Part shown: piece after piece, positions 13,972 to 27,594 of the stretch
How positions within the stretch are numbered: position 1 is the stretch's first letter
How the letters are laid out: every line of letters begins with the position of its first letter
Source: Octopus vulgaris
Taxonomy: Eukaryota
DNA length: 64,000 bases
Reading direction: 5' to 3'
NCBI GenBank assembly: GCA_951406725.2
Contig: OX597838.1
Span: forward strand, 30,566,001 to 30,630,000
The notes under the pieces: generated by a model
Databases searched by the model: none
Seen by the model: only the letters and a program-made list of their open reading frames with translations
Told to the model about the DNA's origin: nothing
Position numbers and translations under genes: made by a program

Positions 13972-14044
13972 GGCGTCTTAGCCTGGTGGTTATCCAATCT
14001 GCTTAACACACAGAAGGTCGTGAGTTCGCAACTTGCTGGAACGT
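13972..14044 (+). pseudogene. tRNA-Val(AAC) pseudogene
   Basis: TCTGCTTAACACACAGAAGGTCGTGAGTTCGC retained; 5' acceptor and D arm corrupted. Confidence 0.75.
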
Positions 14045-14201
14045 CAAATTTTCTTTAGGCGCACGTGTGGCTGTACAGTAAGAAGTGTCCTTCCCAATTA
14101 CATGGTTCCAGGTTCAGTCCCACTGCGTAGTACCTTGGGCTAGTGTCTTATATTTTAGCCTCGGGTGAGCGGATTCGGTAGATGGAAACTGAAAGATAGT
14201 C

Positions 14202-14249
<48 letters not shown>

Positions 14250-14394
14250 ATAAGCCCGTCGTAAATATATATACTTAAATTACTTCAATATATATATATA
14301 TATATATATCTCCTTATATATATATATATATATACACACACAATTGCATGTTTATCTGTGTGTGTCTTTGTATCAGTGTTTGTCCTCTACCACC

Positions 14395-14745
14395 GTTACG
14401 TTCTGAGTTCAAATTCCGCCGAGGTCGACTTTGCCTTTTATACTTTCGGGGTCGATAAATTAAGTACCAGTCAAGTACTGGGGTCGTTGTGATCGACTGT
14501 CCCCCTCCCCATGAAAATCCAGGCTTTGTGCCTATAGTAGAAAAGATATGAGGTGGCGAGTTGGACGAAATACTTAGCGGCATTTTTCTTGTCGCTAAGT
14601 TCTGAGTTCAAATTCCTCCGAGGTTGACTTTGCTTTTCCTCCTTCGGGGTTCGATAAATTAAGTACCAGTGAAACACTGGGGTCGATATAATCGAGTAGT
14701 CCCCCCACCCAAAGTTTAAGGCCTTGTGCCTTTAGTAGAAAGGAT
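14395..14745 (+). mobile_element. tRNA-derived SINE (family C), two tandem pieces
   Basis: GAGTTCAAATTCC(G/T)CCGAGGT(C/T)GACTTTGC...CGATAAATTAAGTACCAG; many more copies (e.g. 21000-21640, 28578-28995, 38585-38910, 45930-46320, 60315-60700). Confidence 0.8.
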
Positions 14746-14936
14746 TATTATTATTTGATAAATTCTCAATGACTCAGGGAATTGTTGATATTGTCGCTGA
14801 AATATAATATATTAATGGTATAAATAAATAAATAAAAACTTAGAATTAGAAAATTAACGATGAAATAAATAGATAAATACATATAAATAATGGCGCAAGA
14901 ATTAGAAAGCCCTAACCCCATAAAAAAAAATGCTTG

Positions 14937-15009
14937 AGGTTCCAGCGAGTTTCGAACTCGCGACCTTCTGCGTGTTAAGCAGATGTGATAACCGCTACAC
15001 CATGGAACC
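14937..15009 (-). tRNA. tRNA-Val(AAC)
   Basis: Full cloverleaf, A and B boxes, C50:G64, U73, T-run terminator. Confidence 0.92.
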
Positions 15010-15315
15010 ACTTGGCTTCTCAGGCAAATATCTTCATTATTAACTGTTTGTACCGAGAAATTTTAGAAGCAGACTTGGATATTTCGCTCGGTTGTTGTTG
15101 ATATTGTTGGAGGTCGTTGTGGTGGGGACCTATCTACCACCCCTCCCTCCCACTCCCACCCCTCCCTCCCACTCCCACCCCTCCCACCCCTCCCCCCCCT
15201 CCCACAATGATAACAACAAAAACTAGAAGAAAACGTCATCAACAACAATGACGACATCGACAAAAGGAATGAGGGTGGTGGAGTGTTTTTTATATATGAA
15301 AATAAGAAGAAAAAG

Positions 15316-15388
15316 AGCTCCACCAAGTTTCGATCCCACGATCCACTGCGTGTCAAGCAGATCTGATAACTGCAACAACAAAGAATGG
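15316..15388 (-). pseudogene. Decayed tRNA-Val copy (anticodon reads GAC)
   Basis: Reverse complement GCTTGACACGCAG; acceptor and D arms degenerate. Confidence 0.6.
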
Positions 15389-15640
15389 CTTATCTTGACG
15401 GAACACCAAGGAACCTTCATAAGGAACTATGTTACCGATTCACGGACAAACACAGGAAGTGAAAGACATCAGAAATACAAAGATAATCTCGGCGGGAGTT
15501 GAACTCAGAGGACAAACATCCAGAACCAATACAACAGTTTATTCTATCCGACGATCGAATGACTACACCAATCATCTGCCTTAAAAAAAAAAAGGAAAAC
15601 AAAAAACATATAAGGTGTAAAAAAAAAAAAAAAAAAACTT

Positions 15641-15713
15641 AGGTTCTAGCGAGTTTCGAACTCACGACCTTCTGCGTGTTAAGCAGATGTGATAACCACT
15701 ACACCATGGAACC
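15641..15713 (-). tRNA. tRNA-Val(AAC), C6:A67 mismatch
   Basis: Full length with one acceptor mismatch. Confidence 0.82.
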
Positions 15714-15941
15714 ACTTGGCTTCAGCGGTTGCAATATATATTTCTATAGAGTTTACTATTGATTTGGGTTTTAAGTGAACGGAATTTAGAAATGGAAGAG
15801 AGACGGAATAATTCTTTCTGATTTTGGCAGAGGACCAACAATTTTTTAAGAGTTTCAACAGTAGAAGGTGTCCGACCGATGAAATGTCTTTTCTAAAGAG
15901 GTGCGACCACAATAAACATAGCGACAATAACAACAACAACA

Positions 15942-16055
<114 letters not shown>

Positions 16056-16084
16056 GTAATAGTAGTAGTAATAATAATAATAAT

Positions 16085-16627
16085 GCAGTACCAGGCAGTG
16101 GCTCTCATGGCTTTGATCTTAACTGATTGTAAGTGTTATCATGTACATTGTTTTGTCTTGGTATAAAAGATGGGCTACAGCAAATATTCTGCTCAATACC
16201 ACAGATTTGCTTGTCAGTTGTTTGACCTTAACCAGTTGAGCATGTCCCTTTGTGGCTGACGATATGTGCATCTCTGATCACGAGCAGAAGTAGTGGGGGA
16301 GCATCATAGCCATGTGTTGAGGGATTCTTTGGGGTTTGAATTGTTCACCTCTGGAAACATGGGTGGTTCTTTCAACATCCTTAAACAACCCTTATTCAGG
16401 GACCGTTTGAGCGGGATGGGCTACTCAACCTGAAGAAAATTCTAACTGGGCCCCACCTGCAAGGTCATGTGCTGTTTATCTTGATATGAGATCACCATGT
16501 CGCGCACATATGGTTGTGATGCATGTGCCTGGTGTACCTTTATCAGACGGGTAGTCATGATGGGTATATTGGGCTTCGTATATTTTACCCCAGTGTCACT
16601 TTGATGGCATGAACTGCTCTCTCACTC

Positions 16628-16630
<3 letters not shown>
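16085..16630. mobile_element. Unclassified insertion within a (TAA)n microsatellite
   Basis: ~545 bp of higher-GC sequence with TAA repeats on both sides. Confidence 0.45.
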
Positions 16631-16659
<29 letters not shown>

Positions 16660-16938
16660 TGGCAGCAACAACAATGAGAATAACAATGTTTACACAATAA
16701 ATATTGGTTTCAAATTTTGCCACAAGGACAGCCATTTTACGGGAGGGGACGAGTCGATTACATCGAACCCAAGTATTTTACTGGTACTTATTTTATCGAG
16801 CCAGAGAAAATCAAAGGCAGAGTCGACCGTAGCGGAATTTGAACTCAGAACGACAAGATGGAAGAATCGCCATTAAACATTTTACCCGGCGTGCTAACGG
16901 CCCTGTCAGGATTTTCGCCGATCTGAAAATAAAATCTA

Positions 16939-16979
16939 TGGTTCCAGCGAATTTCGAACTGGCGACCTTCTGCGTGTTG
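16939..16979 (-). pseudogene. tRNA-Val 3'-half fragment
   Basis: GGTTCCAGCGAATTTCGAACTGGCGACCTTCTGCGTGTT, then unrelated sequence. Confidence 0.65.
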
Positions 16980-17292
16980 ATGGAGTCACTTAATACAACG
17001 AATATTTACGGAAGATATAAGCAGCTAATATGAAACTAAAGACCTGCCGAGTTTTGAATGAATGATGTTTTTTGCGAGATTTCGTGTGAGGAGAGTTTGT
17101 AAAGACCTTGTTCAATTTCTGGACAAAGGGTCAGTGGGGGTGGGTGGATGTGGTGACCAGTGAAGACCCTAGAAATGCAAAGACAACGCTGACGTGATTT
17201 CAACTTTGAGTACGGACGACCACAAGAAGTATTGCTGTATATTGTATCTAATACTGGAAGTACTTCGCCAAAAGTTAAAAGAACAACACATC

Positions 17293-17365
17293 AGGTTCCA
17301 GCGAGTTTCGAACTCACGACCTTCTGCGTGTAAAGCAGATGTGATAACCACTACACCATGGAACC
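17293..17365 (-). tRNA. tRNA-Val(TAC)
   Basis: Consensus body, U73. Confidence 0.92.
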
Positions 17366-17470
17366 AACTGTCACTAGGCGTTCAACTATATTTAGAAATA
17401 TTTTTCTATACAGTTTCGCCTTCATTTAGTTTCGAGAGAACGGAAGTGAGAAAGGAGAGAGAGAGAGAGG

Positions 17471-17502
<32 letters not shown>

Positions 17503-17729
17503 GACGGAATAATGACTTGCATGTGTTGAGTTAGGTCCCCTTATGTTATGAGGAGCTGTTGTTTAGACCGATGGCTCATCTCACGACCACTTGATACCCT
17601 CCTCGCTTGATTATCAGTCTGTTATATTGATGTTTTTCAATATTTTTCTTCCCATAAACACATTTAATGGTCTATTTCTGGGACTTAAGCCAAAGATTCG
17701 GACTGCCCGTATATTGAAATATGATTTAA

Positions 17730-17905
17730 AAAGAAAAATTCGAAAAATTAACAAAAGAATTAAAAAAAAAAAATTCGAAAAATTAACAAAAAGAATTTTC
17801 AAAAAAAAAACAATTCGAAAAATTAACGAAAGAATTTTCAAAAAAAAAAATTCGAAAAATTAACAAAAAAATTTTCAAAAAAAAAAAAATTCGAAAAATA
17901 AGAAA
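17730..17905. repeat. ~35-bp A-rich tandem repeat (~5 copies)
   Basis: AAAATTCGAAAAATTAAC(A/G)AAAGAATTTTC units. Confidence 0.8.
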
Positions 17906-18382
17906 GTATTTAAATTTTCATAGTCGTGTGAATTTCCGTGCGTTGAAAATTCCAAAAATAAAAAAAAAATTATAAGTTATGCTGTGGAAAAATTTTCTGA
18001 AAATTCCAAAGCAGAATTTCGCCTCTCAATCATCTCGAACAAGTTGCGTGGTGCCGAAGTCACGTTGCGGCGATGCCCCAGAATGACAATTCCGCTGGCG
18101 ACGGAATATGTGTTTAGTTATGTCCCTTTAAGCTTTGAGATAGTGTTGTTGTTGTGTGGACCGATAGAAATCCGGTTTAAACAATGATCAAAAGCGTTCT
18201 AACCTTGACCATACCCACTGTCTCCAAGTTTTCTTTTCGAAGAAAATATTTTACGTGTCTTTCCGGTTTCTTTTGACAATAATGACAACATCAACAACAA
18301 AATAAATAAAATAACGATGCAAAAACAAAAGAAAAATATAAAAAAAAACATTAGAAATAAAAGAAATATAGACGACGACGAC

Positions 18383-18454
18383 GGCTCCACCGAGTTTCGA
18401 ACACGAAACCTTTTGTGGTTAAACTGAACGTGATAACGATTACTCCATGGAATC
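18383..18454 (-). pseudogene. Decayed tRNA-Val copy (paralog at ~22305-22377)
   Basis: Reverse complement GATTCCATGGAGTAATCGTTATCACG...GTTCGAAACTCGGTGGAGCC; anticodon arm destroyed. Confidence 0.6.
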
Positions 18455-18704
18455 AGATACTCTGCCAGGTTCTTTCCCATGTACTCCTTGATATAATCGC
18501 TGCGTCTTCACACCCATTCAACATTAATGGCCAAACCAGACTCATTACCAGTTCCACCCTGATGTGGTTTTGCTTAGGGCACAGTCTCTCCACATTGTAC
18601 CGAGCAACCTCGGGGTTGATTTTCCTGCACCAATTCTTGTTCTGATTTCCAGACCGCAGAATAAATTGTTCAATGTTTACAGTAAAATTAATGAGCGAAT
18701 AGTA

Positions 18705-18860
18705 AAGTGTTTGGTCGTAGATTTATGATAGAACAATGATACAAGTGTTTGGTCGTAGATTTATGATGGAACAATGATACAAGGTGTTTGGTCGTAGATT
18801 TATGATGGAACAATGATACAAAAGTGTTTGGTCATAGATTGACAACGAGGTAATGATACA
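18705..18860. repeat. ~38-bp tandem repeat (4 copies)
   Basis: GTGTTTGGTCGTAGATTTATGAT(A/G)GAACAATGATACAA; only one copy at the paralogous site ~22658-22695. Confidence 0.85.
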
Positions 18861-19218
18861 TCATTTATTGTCTTAAAATCATCATCAATTGTGTGTCTTA
18901 ATTACAACAGATCTCGGACAGATGAAATCCCTTTTCTAAAGATGTACAACGAAAACAGCAGCAGCAGCGATTTTAAAAGGGAACCAACTAGTTGATTATA
19001 TCGAATTTCGTACTCGGCGGGTACTTATTTTCCTGACACCAAAAGGATGAGAGGCAAAGTCCCCCTCCACGGCATTTGAACTCAGTACGCAAAGAGGGTC
19101 GGAGGAAATGAAATGCCGCTAAACATTTTGTCCAACGCTCCAATTATTCTGCCAGCTCGGCCTCTTTCTTTAAGCAGATCTGATTGTAGGTGAGAAGAGA
19201 TACAACAGCAGCAATAGT

Positions 19219-19400
19219 AGAGGCGCAATGGCCCAGTGGTTAGGGAAGCGGACTCGCGGTCGTAAGAACGCGGTTTCGATTCTCAGACCGGGCACTGTGA
19301 GTGTTTATTGAGCAAAAAACACTTAAGCTCCACAAGTTTCCGGTGGGGCTTGGTGGTGAACCCCGCTGTACTCTTTCACCACAACTTTCTCACACACTTT
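19219..19400 (+). mobile_element. tRNA-derived SINE (family D) head
   Basis: GAGGCGCAATGGCCCAGTGGTTAGGG...GGTTTCGATTC; same head as 29991-30380 and 32323-32990. Confidence 0.78.
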
Positions 19401-20420
19401 CTTCCTACTTCTGTCACGAAGCAGAGGAACCATGGTGTAACCCACTATGGTGTGGTAAACTTTCAGACCCGGGTCTAGATTGCGAACCCTCTGTACCCCA
19501 GGATGGTTCAGCTCTCCACCCATTAAAAAGCCACCGTTTACGGAATGAGGATGACAACGTAGCTTTCGCGCCCGTGCAAATACCAGTCTATCGCGTGTGG
19601 TGGGTGGATTTTCAAGTTGCCACACGCATTCTTAGTAGCTTGGAGTAGGCTCGAATTCGAGATTGTTCTTTGTGGCTAATGGCGTGAGTCCTGATTGGAA
19701 GAAGAAGAAGAAGAAGAAGAAGAAGAAGAAGAAGAAGAAGAAGAAGAAGAAGAAGAAGAAGAAGAAGAAGAAGAAGAAGACAGCAGCAATAAAGATAATG
19801 ATAACAACAACAATATTACCAGATATTGTTGATGGGAGAAATAAGAAACTAATCTGAAACAGGTTTTATCGTGTCTCGAACTCGTGACCGTTGGCTGTCA
19901 ACAAAACTATTTCGTCGGTTCAGAACGGAAGATAAGAAGACAAAGAGTTTCAAAACCCGAGAATAACAGGGGTGGGATTTGAATTCAGAGCGTAGACATT
20001 TGAAACACATACTGCAGCATATATTCTTTCCATCGCATTTTCTTTATTAACCATAAAGGTCAAAAAACGGAGTGGACAATGCAAGGAATCGGGAGACGAA
20101 TGGAACGTATAGTCGATGAAAATATTCTTTCCATCGTGTGAACGATTCCGCCAATTGGCTGTATTACTATAATAGATAAATAAAAATAGATACAGACATG
20201 TTCCAGCGAGTTTCCGACTCGGTAGCTTCTGCAGGTTTAACTGCTCTCAAGAACCACTACGAATGTTGCTGTAATTTAGCCCCAGGAGACATCGTTAAGA
20301 TAACCTCGATGGGATTTGAACTTAAAGGACAGTTAACCAGAAGAAATAATAGAGTATATTGTATCCAAAGCTGGAACGACTTCGCCAATTGCCCACCTAA
20401 AAAAAAAAAAGTAGCGACTC

Positions 20421-20493
20421 TGGTTCCAGCGAGTTTCGAACTCACGACCTTCTGCGTGTAAAGCAGATGTGATAACCACTACACCATGGAACC
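20421..20493 (-). tRNA. tRNA-Val(TAC), A73
   Basis: Consensus body; the only non-array full copy with discriminator A. Confidence 0.93.
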
Positions 20494-20717
20494 ACTTGCG
20501 GAGATTTGCATATTGTTAACATATATCTCTCTATAAAAGAAAAAAAGAAAGATAAGTAGTTAAATACGTCAAAAATGCAAAGATAACCTCGGCAGGATTT
20601 GAACTCGGAGCACAGACAACCAGAACGAATATATATGCTGTATATTCTATCCAATGCTCGAACGATTTTGTCAACTGCTAGTCTTGAAGACGAAGAAAAA
20701 AAATTAAGGGAAAACTG

Positions 20718-20790
20718 AGGTTCCAGCGAGTTTCGAACTCACGACCTTCTGCGTGTTAAGCAGATGTGATAACCACTACACCATGGAACC
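20718..20790 (-). tRNA. tRNA-Val(AAC)
   Basis: Consensus body, U73. Confidence 0.92.
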
Positions 20791-22867
20791 AGTTGAATTA
20801 GATGCACTTATTTATATTTTTATACAGTTTATTATTGATTTAGTTTTGCGAGAAGGGAAGTTAGAAATGAGGGACAGGGTCCGATTGACAGAATAATTCT
20901 TCCTGATTTTAGCAAAGGCCCAGCAATCTTAAGAGGGTTGATTACATAGAACCCCGTACATGGCGGGTACTTATTCTTTTCTACTCTAGGCACACGGCCC
21001 GAAATTTTTGGGAGGGAGCCAGTCGATTAGGTCGATCCCAGTACGCAACTGGTACTTAATTTATCGACCTCAAAAGGATGAAAGGCAAAGTGGACCTCGG
21101 TGGAATTTGAACTCAGAACATGAAGACAGACGAAATAACGCTAAGCATTTCGTCCGGCATGTTGATGTTTCTGCCAGTTCGCCGCCTTATTCTATCGATC
21201 GGTACAGGGTGAAACGCAAAGTCGACCTTTCCGGCATTCGAACTCACAACGTAAAGGGCTGGCAGAAATGCCATTCAACATTTTATCCAACGCTCCGATA
21301 ACTCTGTATACTTGGCTCTCTTTCTTTAATTCTTATGCATTTAAACCGGCCTTATAAGGCCTTCTGTCTGTTTTATTTTCCAACTGGCCAGATGCCGCCT
21401 TTCACACATACCTATTTCTTTACTACCCACAAGGGGCTAAACACAGAGGGGACAAAGACAGACAAACGGTTTAAGTCGATTACATGGACCCCAGTGCGTA
21501 ACTGGTACTTAATTTATCGACCCCGAAAGGATGAAAGGTAAAGTCGACCTCGGCGGAATTTGAACTCAGAACGTAATGCCAGACGAAATACGGCTACGCA
21601 TTTCGCCCAGCGTGCTAACGAATCTGCCAGCTCACGCCGCCTTTCACACATACCCTACAATGTCATTCTAAAAAAAAATAAACAATCACATAATCAAAAT
21701 CACGAGGCAATGATATAATAAATGATTGATTCGAAGCAACGGGAATGAATAAGCATTAGATTTGAGGGAGTAATATGAATGCTGAAGAGTCAAGCGGGTT
21801 TGGTTGAAGACGAGAAGAAACTCAACAGAGCGTAGTGTGGTAGCTGCTCTACTGAGCGCGTCATTTGGAGCGGCAAGTTGAATCGTCGTACGCAAGCAAT
21901 CATTTTCGTCTCGATCTCTTCGAACAAGTTGGGGTCGGGGTGTCGGTGCCGCGGTGACGCAGAGGTGACGTCGAGGAAACGCTCCAGAATGGCAATTCCG
22001 CTGGTGGTGGTGGTGGTGGCGGAATAAGGACATATATGTGTTTAGTTACGTCTCTTTAAGTTCTGCGATGTTTTTCTTGTTATTGTGTGGGCTGATGGCT
22101 ATCTGGTTTGAACAATGATCAAAGGCGTTCTAATCGTGGCCATCCCACCGTCTCCTGGTTTTCTTTCGAAAGCCTAATGCATTTAACGTGTCCTTCCGGT
22201 TTCTTTTAACAACAATGACAACATCAATAGCAAAATAAATAAAATAACAATGCAAAAACAAAAATATATAAAAAAAACATTAAAAATAAAATAAATATAA
22301 ACTACGACTACATCGAGTTTCGAACACGAAACCTTTTGAGTTTAAAATGAAGATGATAACCATTACACCATAGAATCAGACCCTTCGCCAGGTTCCTTCC
22401 CATGTACTCCTTGATATAATCGCTGCGTCTTCACACCCATTCGACATTAATAGCCAAACCAGGTTCCTTATCAATTCCACCCTGATGTGGTTTTTCTTAG
22501 GGCACAGTCTCTCCATATTGTACTGGTTGACCTCAGATTTAATTTAATCTTTCGGTACCAATCCTCACTCTGGTTTCCAGACTGCAGAATAAATAATTCA
22601 ATGTTTACAGTAAAATTTGGCGAGTGAGTAGAAAAAGTATTTTGAAGATGAAAAAAGGGTTTGGTCTTAGATTTACGATCGAGACAATAATACATCATTT
22701 CTTGTTTTAAATGGTCATCAAATTGTGTATCTTAATTACAAGAGTCTGAACCTCGGCAGCACAAGTTCTCAGATTAGACGGATGAAATCACTTTTCTGAA
22801 GTACAACAACAACAACAACAACAGCAACAACAATAACACCAACGAAAACAATATTAGCACCATATTA

Positions 22868-23295
22868 GCGCAGGAGTGGCTGTGTGGTAAGTAGCTTGCT
22901 TACCAACCACATTGTTCCGGGTTCAGTCCCACTGCGTGGCATCTTGGGCAAGTGTCTTCTGCTATAGCCCCGGGCCGACCAATGCCTTGTGAGTGAATTT
23001 GGTAGACGGAAACTGAAAGAAGCCTGTCGTATATATGTATATATATGAATATATGTGTGTGTGTGTATGTGTTTGTGTGTCTATGTTTGTCCCCCTAGCA
23101 TTGCTTGACAACCGATGCTGGTGTGTTTACGTTCCCGTCACTTAGCGGTTCGGCAAAAGAGACCGATAGAATAAGTACTGGGCTTACAAAGAATAAGTCC
23201 CGGGGTCGATTTGCTCGACTAAAGGCGGTGCTCCAGCATGGCTACAGTCAAATGACTGAAACAAATAAAAGAGTAAAAGAGTAAAGAGAGTAAAT
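22868..23295 (+). mobile_element. CORE-type SINE (family A)
   Basis: Full-length match to the 11237 and 30567 copies. Confidence 0.85.
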
Positions 23296-23439
23296 ATTGC
23301 CAGAAGAAATAAGAAAGAAAATATGAAATTAAGGTTCTGTCGAGTTTTGAGTCTATGATGTTCTATGAAAGATTTTGTATGAGTTTGCTAGGACCTAGCT
23401 CAATCGTTATCAATCTCTGAACAAAGGGAAAGAGCGAGT

Positions 23440-24388
23440 GGTGTGAGGGTGAGTGTGGTGGCCATCATCTCCATCCAGTCGCACTGTTTGTACGGATTCC
23501 CGTGACTCTGTCGCCATCCAATTGTATTGCTCATCACATCCGGAAGGTCAGAGGGCTTGCAGTTTATATCATCACAAATATGCTGGACATAGGTCTTGGC
23601 TTATCGTCCTCTGCTAGCTCTTCATTGCGTAGGTTCCCATAAAAAAACCATCACAAACAATTTCGTCTTTACCCTTCCAGCGATGACCTACCAATCTGAC
23701 TCTATGCTCTTTGAAGACGTCTGTTACTAGAGACGAAAGTTCCTATGCAATCGCTCTTTGGTCTGACGACCTCTCCAGATCACATTCAAAGCCATTTTAA
23801 GTATGTGAGTGTAGTCGCTTTCGAAGAGGATGATCGATTATCAGTCAAATATTTACCATTCGTAAAATTCTTGAAGGTGTGAAAAGCTAAAAATCTAAAT
23901 TCTATTCTGTTTTTCTGCTGTTGGATTTCTCCAGAGCTTTCGATTCGATTCAAAGTAAAATCGAAGAAATGCTGCTAGCTTATGGTTTACCAGATGAAAC
24001 GGTAAATGCCATTATGAGGCTTTATAAAAGTACATATCCAACGGTACGATCACCAGATAGCAATACAGATGTCTTTGAAATTGTCTCCAGAGTACTACAA
24101 GGTGATGCTTTAGCACATTGTATCTTTTGCTTGGATTACGTTCTCAGAATATCTGTCGATAATGGATTCACACTACATCCACGAAGGAGTAAAAGATATC
24201 CTGCTACAAAAATCACTGATGCAGATTATGCTGATAGCTTAGTGCTTCTCTCCAATCTAATAATCCAAACCAAAACCATTCTCCATAGTCCTGAATATTT
24301 AACCAGAAGTATCGATCTCCACATTAACTCAGACAAAACAGAATGCGTAAGTTTAAATCAAAACGGAACAATCAAAGCAGTGGAATAA
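23440..24388. mobile_element. RTE-clade LINE relic with internal inversion
   Basis: Plus strand 23830-24388: QIFTIRKILEG/DFSRAFDSI/VLQGDALA/YADSL reverse transcriptase motifs. Minus strand 23440-23830: C-terminal YTHILKMALNVIW...LVGHRW...LWEP. Confidence 0.75.
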
Positions 24389-24592
24389 AGATTGTTTGCC
24401 AGCGTAACATGGCAGTACTGGTTTAGGACGAATGTTGCAGTAATTTAGCCCCAGGAGACATCGTAAAGATAACCTCGGTGGGATTTGAACTTAAAGGACA
24501 GTTAACCAGAAGAAATAATACAGTATATTGTATACAAAGCTGGAACGAGTTCGGCAATTGCCCACCTAAAAAAAAAAAAAGTGTAACGACTC

Positions 24593-24665
24593 AGGTTCCA
24601 GCGAGTTTCGAACTCACGACCTTCTACGTGTAAAGCAGATGTGATAACCACTACACCATGGAACC
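24593..24665 (-). tRNA. tRNA-Val(TAC), G30:U40
   Basis: Full length, wobble pair in anticodon stem. Confidence 0.87.
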
Positions 24666-24890
24666 ACTTACAGAAAATTGCATATTGTTAACATATATCT
24701 CTCTATAAAAGAAAAAAAGAAAGATAAGTAGTTAAATACGTCAAAAATGCAAAGATAACCTCGGCAGGATAACCTTGTCAGAGCACAGACAACCAGAACG
24801 AATAGATATGCTGTATATTCTATCCAATGCTCGAACGGTTTTGTCAACTGCTAGTCTTGAAGACGAAGAAAAAAAAATAAGGGAAAATTG

Positions 24891-24963
24891 AGATTCCAGC
24901 GAGTTTCGAACTCACGACCTTCTGCGTGTAAAGCAGATGTGATAACCACTACACCATGGAACC
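24891..24963 (-). tRNA. tRNA-Val(TAC), G2:U71
   Basis: Full length. Confidence 0.87.
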
Positions 24964-25337
24964 ACTTGCAGCGTATTGCATATTGTTAAGGTATATCTCT
25001 CTATACAGCTGACGCTAGATTTGATTTCGCGTAAACGGAAATGACAAATGGGAAAGAGACGGAAGAGATGACCTGCATGTGTTGAGTTACGCCCCTTTAA
25101 GTTTTGAAATTTTTTTTTTTTGTCTAGACCCATGTCAATCCCGCTGGAACATATTCAACAAGCTAAGGCGTTCTAGCCGTGACTAAATGACCGTCCCCTA
25201 GTTTTCTTTCCAAACGTAATGTATCTTTAAACCTTTAGCATTCTGATTATTCTGTCAAATATAATGTTTATTTATTCCCATTGTTCTGAATTAATTATGC
25301 CTTATCTTGCAGCAATGTGGTTTCGGTGATGTGATTG

Positions 25338-26190
25338 TATTGGGTTGGCAAATAAGTTCCCGCTGTTTTTTTTAAAATTTTGGAATCTATTTTTACGGGA
25401 ATTCTATTTTTGAATCATTTTGGAATCTATTTTTTTTTTTCTTTAGTTAATTTTAGTTAATTTTTGTTTATTTTCAGATCATTAAAATGGAATGTCAAGT
25501 TAAGAAAAACGAGCATTTTCGACACCTCTTTCTTTTTGCTTTTAGTCAAGGTTCTAAGGCCGCAAAAGCTGCTCGCGACATTTGTGCTGTGTATGGAGAG
25601 GGTGCCATAGCTGAAAGAACCGCTCGTGATTGGTATGCTAAGTTCAAAAATGGAAATTTTGACCTCAAAGACACACCTCGTTCTGGTCCTCCAGTTGAGT
25701 TCGATGCAGAGCGATGAAACCAACTTTTGCACGAAAATTCTCGTCAAACGACAAAGGAACTGGCAGAGAAAATGGAATACTCCCACACTGTTATAGAGAA
25801 GCATCTTCACTCGATGGGAAAGGTTCAGAAGTATGGAGCATGGGTTTTGCATGCTTTAAGTAACAACAAAAATCAGTGAGCCACAATCTCCGCTGGTTTG
25901 CTTGCTCGTCACCGCTCAACTCATGGAAACAAGCAGCGATTTCTTTACCGAATCGTTACTAGCGACGAAAAATGGCACCTGTACATCAATATGAAGCAGC
26001 GTAAGGAATGGCTTAGGCCCGGTAAACAAGCGACATCGCGCGTGAAACAAGATCTTTATTCACGTAAAACGATGTTGAGCGTATAGTGGGACTAGGAAGG
26101 AGTTATCCATTACGAATTACTTGAACAGAACGAAACGGTCAACGCGGAACTTTATGTTCAACAGATGGAATGACTCAACACGGCTATTAC
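25338..26190 (+). mobile_element. Mariner transposon, 3'-truncated, pseudogenised transposase
   Basis: TA + TIR TTGGGTTGGCAAATAAG; MECQVKKNEHFRHL...RSGPP, WVLHAL (WVPHxL motif), RIVTSDEKW; stops and frameshifts. Confidence 0.88.
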
Positions 26191-27091
26191 TACAGTTATT
26201 GGTGTTGATATTGCTGATGTGGATGTGGTTGTTGCCACTACCACCGCTGGTTGTAATGGCAGTGGTTCTGCTGTTGTTGTAGCTGTCCCTACTTCTGCGA
26301 TTTCATCATTTGAATCGTGGTTTTAGAGAAGACACATTCCTCATTCGAGATATGGAATGAATTATTAAAAACAAAACGAAACTGATTAATGTTTATTGCG
26401 GCTGGTACTTTTATCTGACAGAGCTTTCAAGAGATAAATGGTATTATCGACCTCGACCGGATTTAAAGTAAGGAAACAGAAAGCCGCGAGAGTAGCATTA
26501 GAATTTGCATATCAACTACAACAGCAGCAACAACAACAACAACAACAACAACATGAAGAGGAACCATAGCAACAATTTAAATGGCTTCGACAAAGTCTGC
26601 GACATTTGCACAAGAAGAAGAAGAAGAAGAAGAAGAAGAAAAAGAAGAAAAAGAAGAAGAAGAAAAAGAAGAAGACAAAAAGAATGAAAAGAATAGAAAG
26701 AAGAAAAAGAAAAGGAAAAAGAAGAAAAAGAAGAAGAAAAAAGAAAAATAGGAAAAAGAAGAAGAAGAAGAAGAAGAAGAAGAAGAAGAGTAAAAAGAAG
26801 AAATACAACAACAGCAACAACAAAAATAAACTGTAAAAGCCTCATGGTAATAATAGACTTCAGTGAGTTTCGAACTTGCGATTTTCTTCACTCCTTCAAA
26901 TTCTCTTTTATTCTTTTCAGTCATTGAACTGTGGCCTTATTAGGCATCAAATCCTAAGATCAATACTCGATCATATTGACCACTTATTTCGAACAGGTAT
27001 TTGTTTCTATCGACGGTGATGGAAGTGGCGGCGTGCATGCTGTGCTAGGGCGTCTACCCGCTTCTCAATGTTCCGGTTTTTGTATATTCAA

Positions 27092-27487
27092 CTAGCAGTA
27101 TCGCCTGGCGTTGCTCGGATTTGTAAGGGAAATAACTATATAAGCATTTTTAGAGAGTTATAGCCAAAAGATAGCAAAAAATGCATTAAAACTGGAAAAA
27201 AAATGATGGTAAATTTTTTTTTAAATCGTTGACTCATCGTAGACATTTTTAGAGAGTTACTTCCCTTATATAATAGCGAAAAAATGCATTAAAATGGAAA
27301 AAATGATGGTAAATTATTTTTAAAATCGTAGACCCATCGTAGACACGCGCTAATACCCAGAAGGGCTCGATATAAATCACGACTATAAGATACCCGGTTT
27401 TGGTTAAACTGCACCGCAAAATGTGGGAGTAGTTAGGAATCTAAATCGTAGGAGACAGACACACAACTTCTCTTTTATATATAAAGA
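27092..27487 (-). mobile_element. Non-autonomous Helitron
   Basis: Minus strand A|TCTTTATATATAA...CCGAGCAACGCCAGGCGATACTG-CTAG|T; same termini as 58281-58672. Confidence 0.75.
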
Positions 27488-27594
27488 TGTCTACAAAGAC
27501 ACACATTTATCATTAACAGTTTGTTAAGGCAGCAAAGCTGGCAGAAACGTTAGCATGCCGAAGAAAATGCTTAGCAGCATTTCGTCCGTCTTTA

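Noticed and set aside
18383-18454. Apparent TAA anticodon suggesting recoding to Leu
   Set aside because: The anticodon stem does not pair; the copy is a decayed relic
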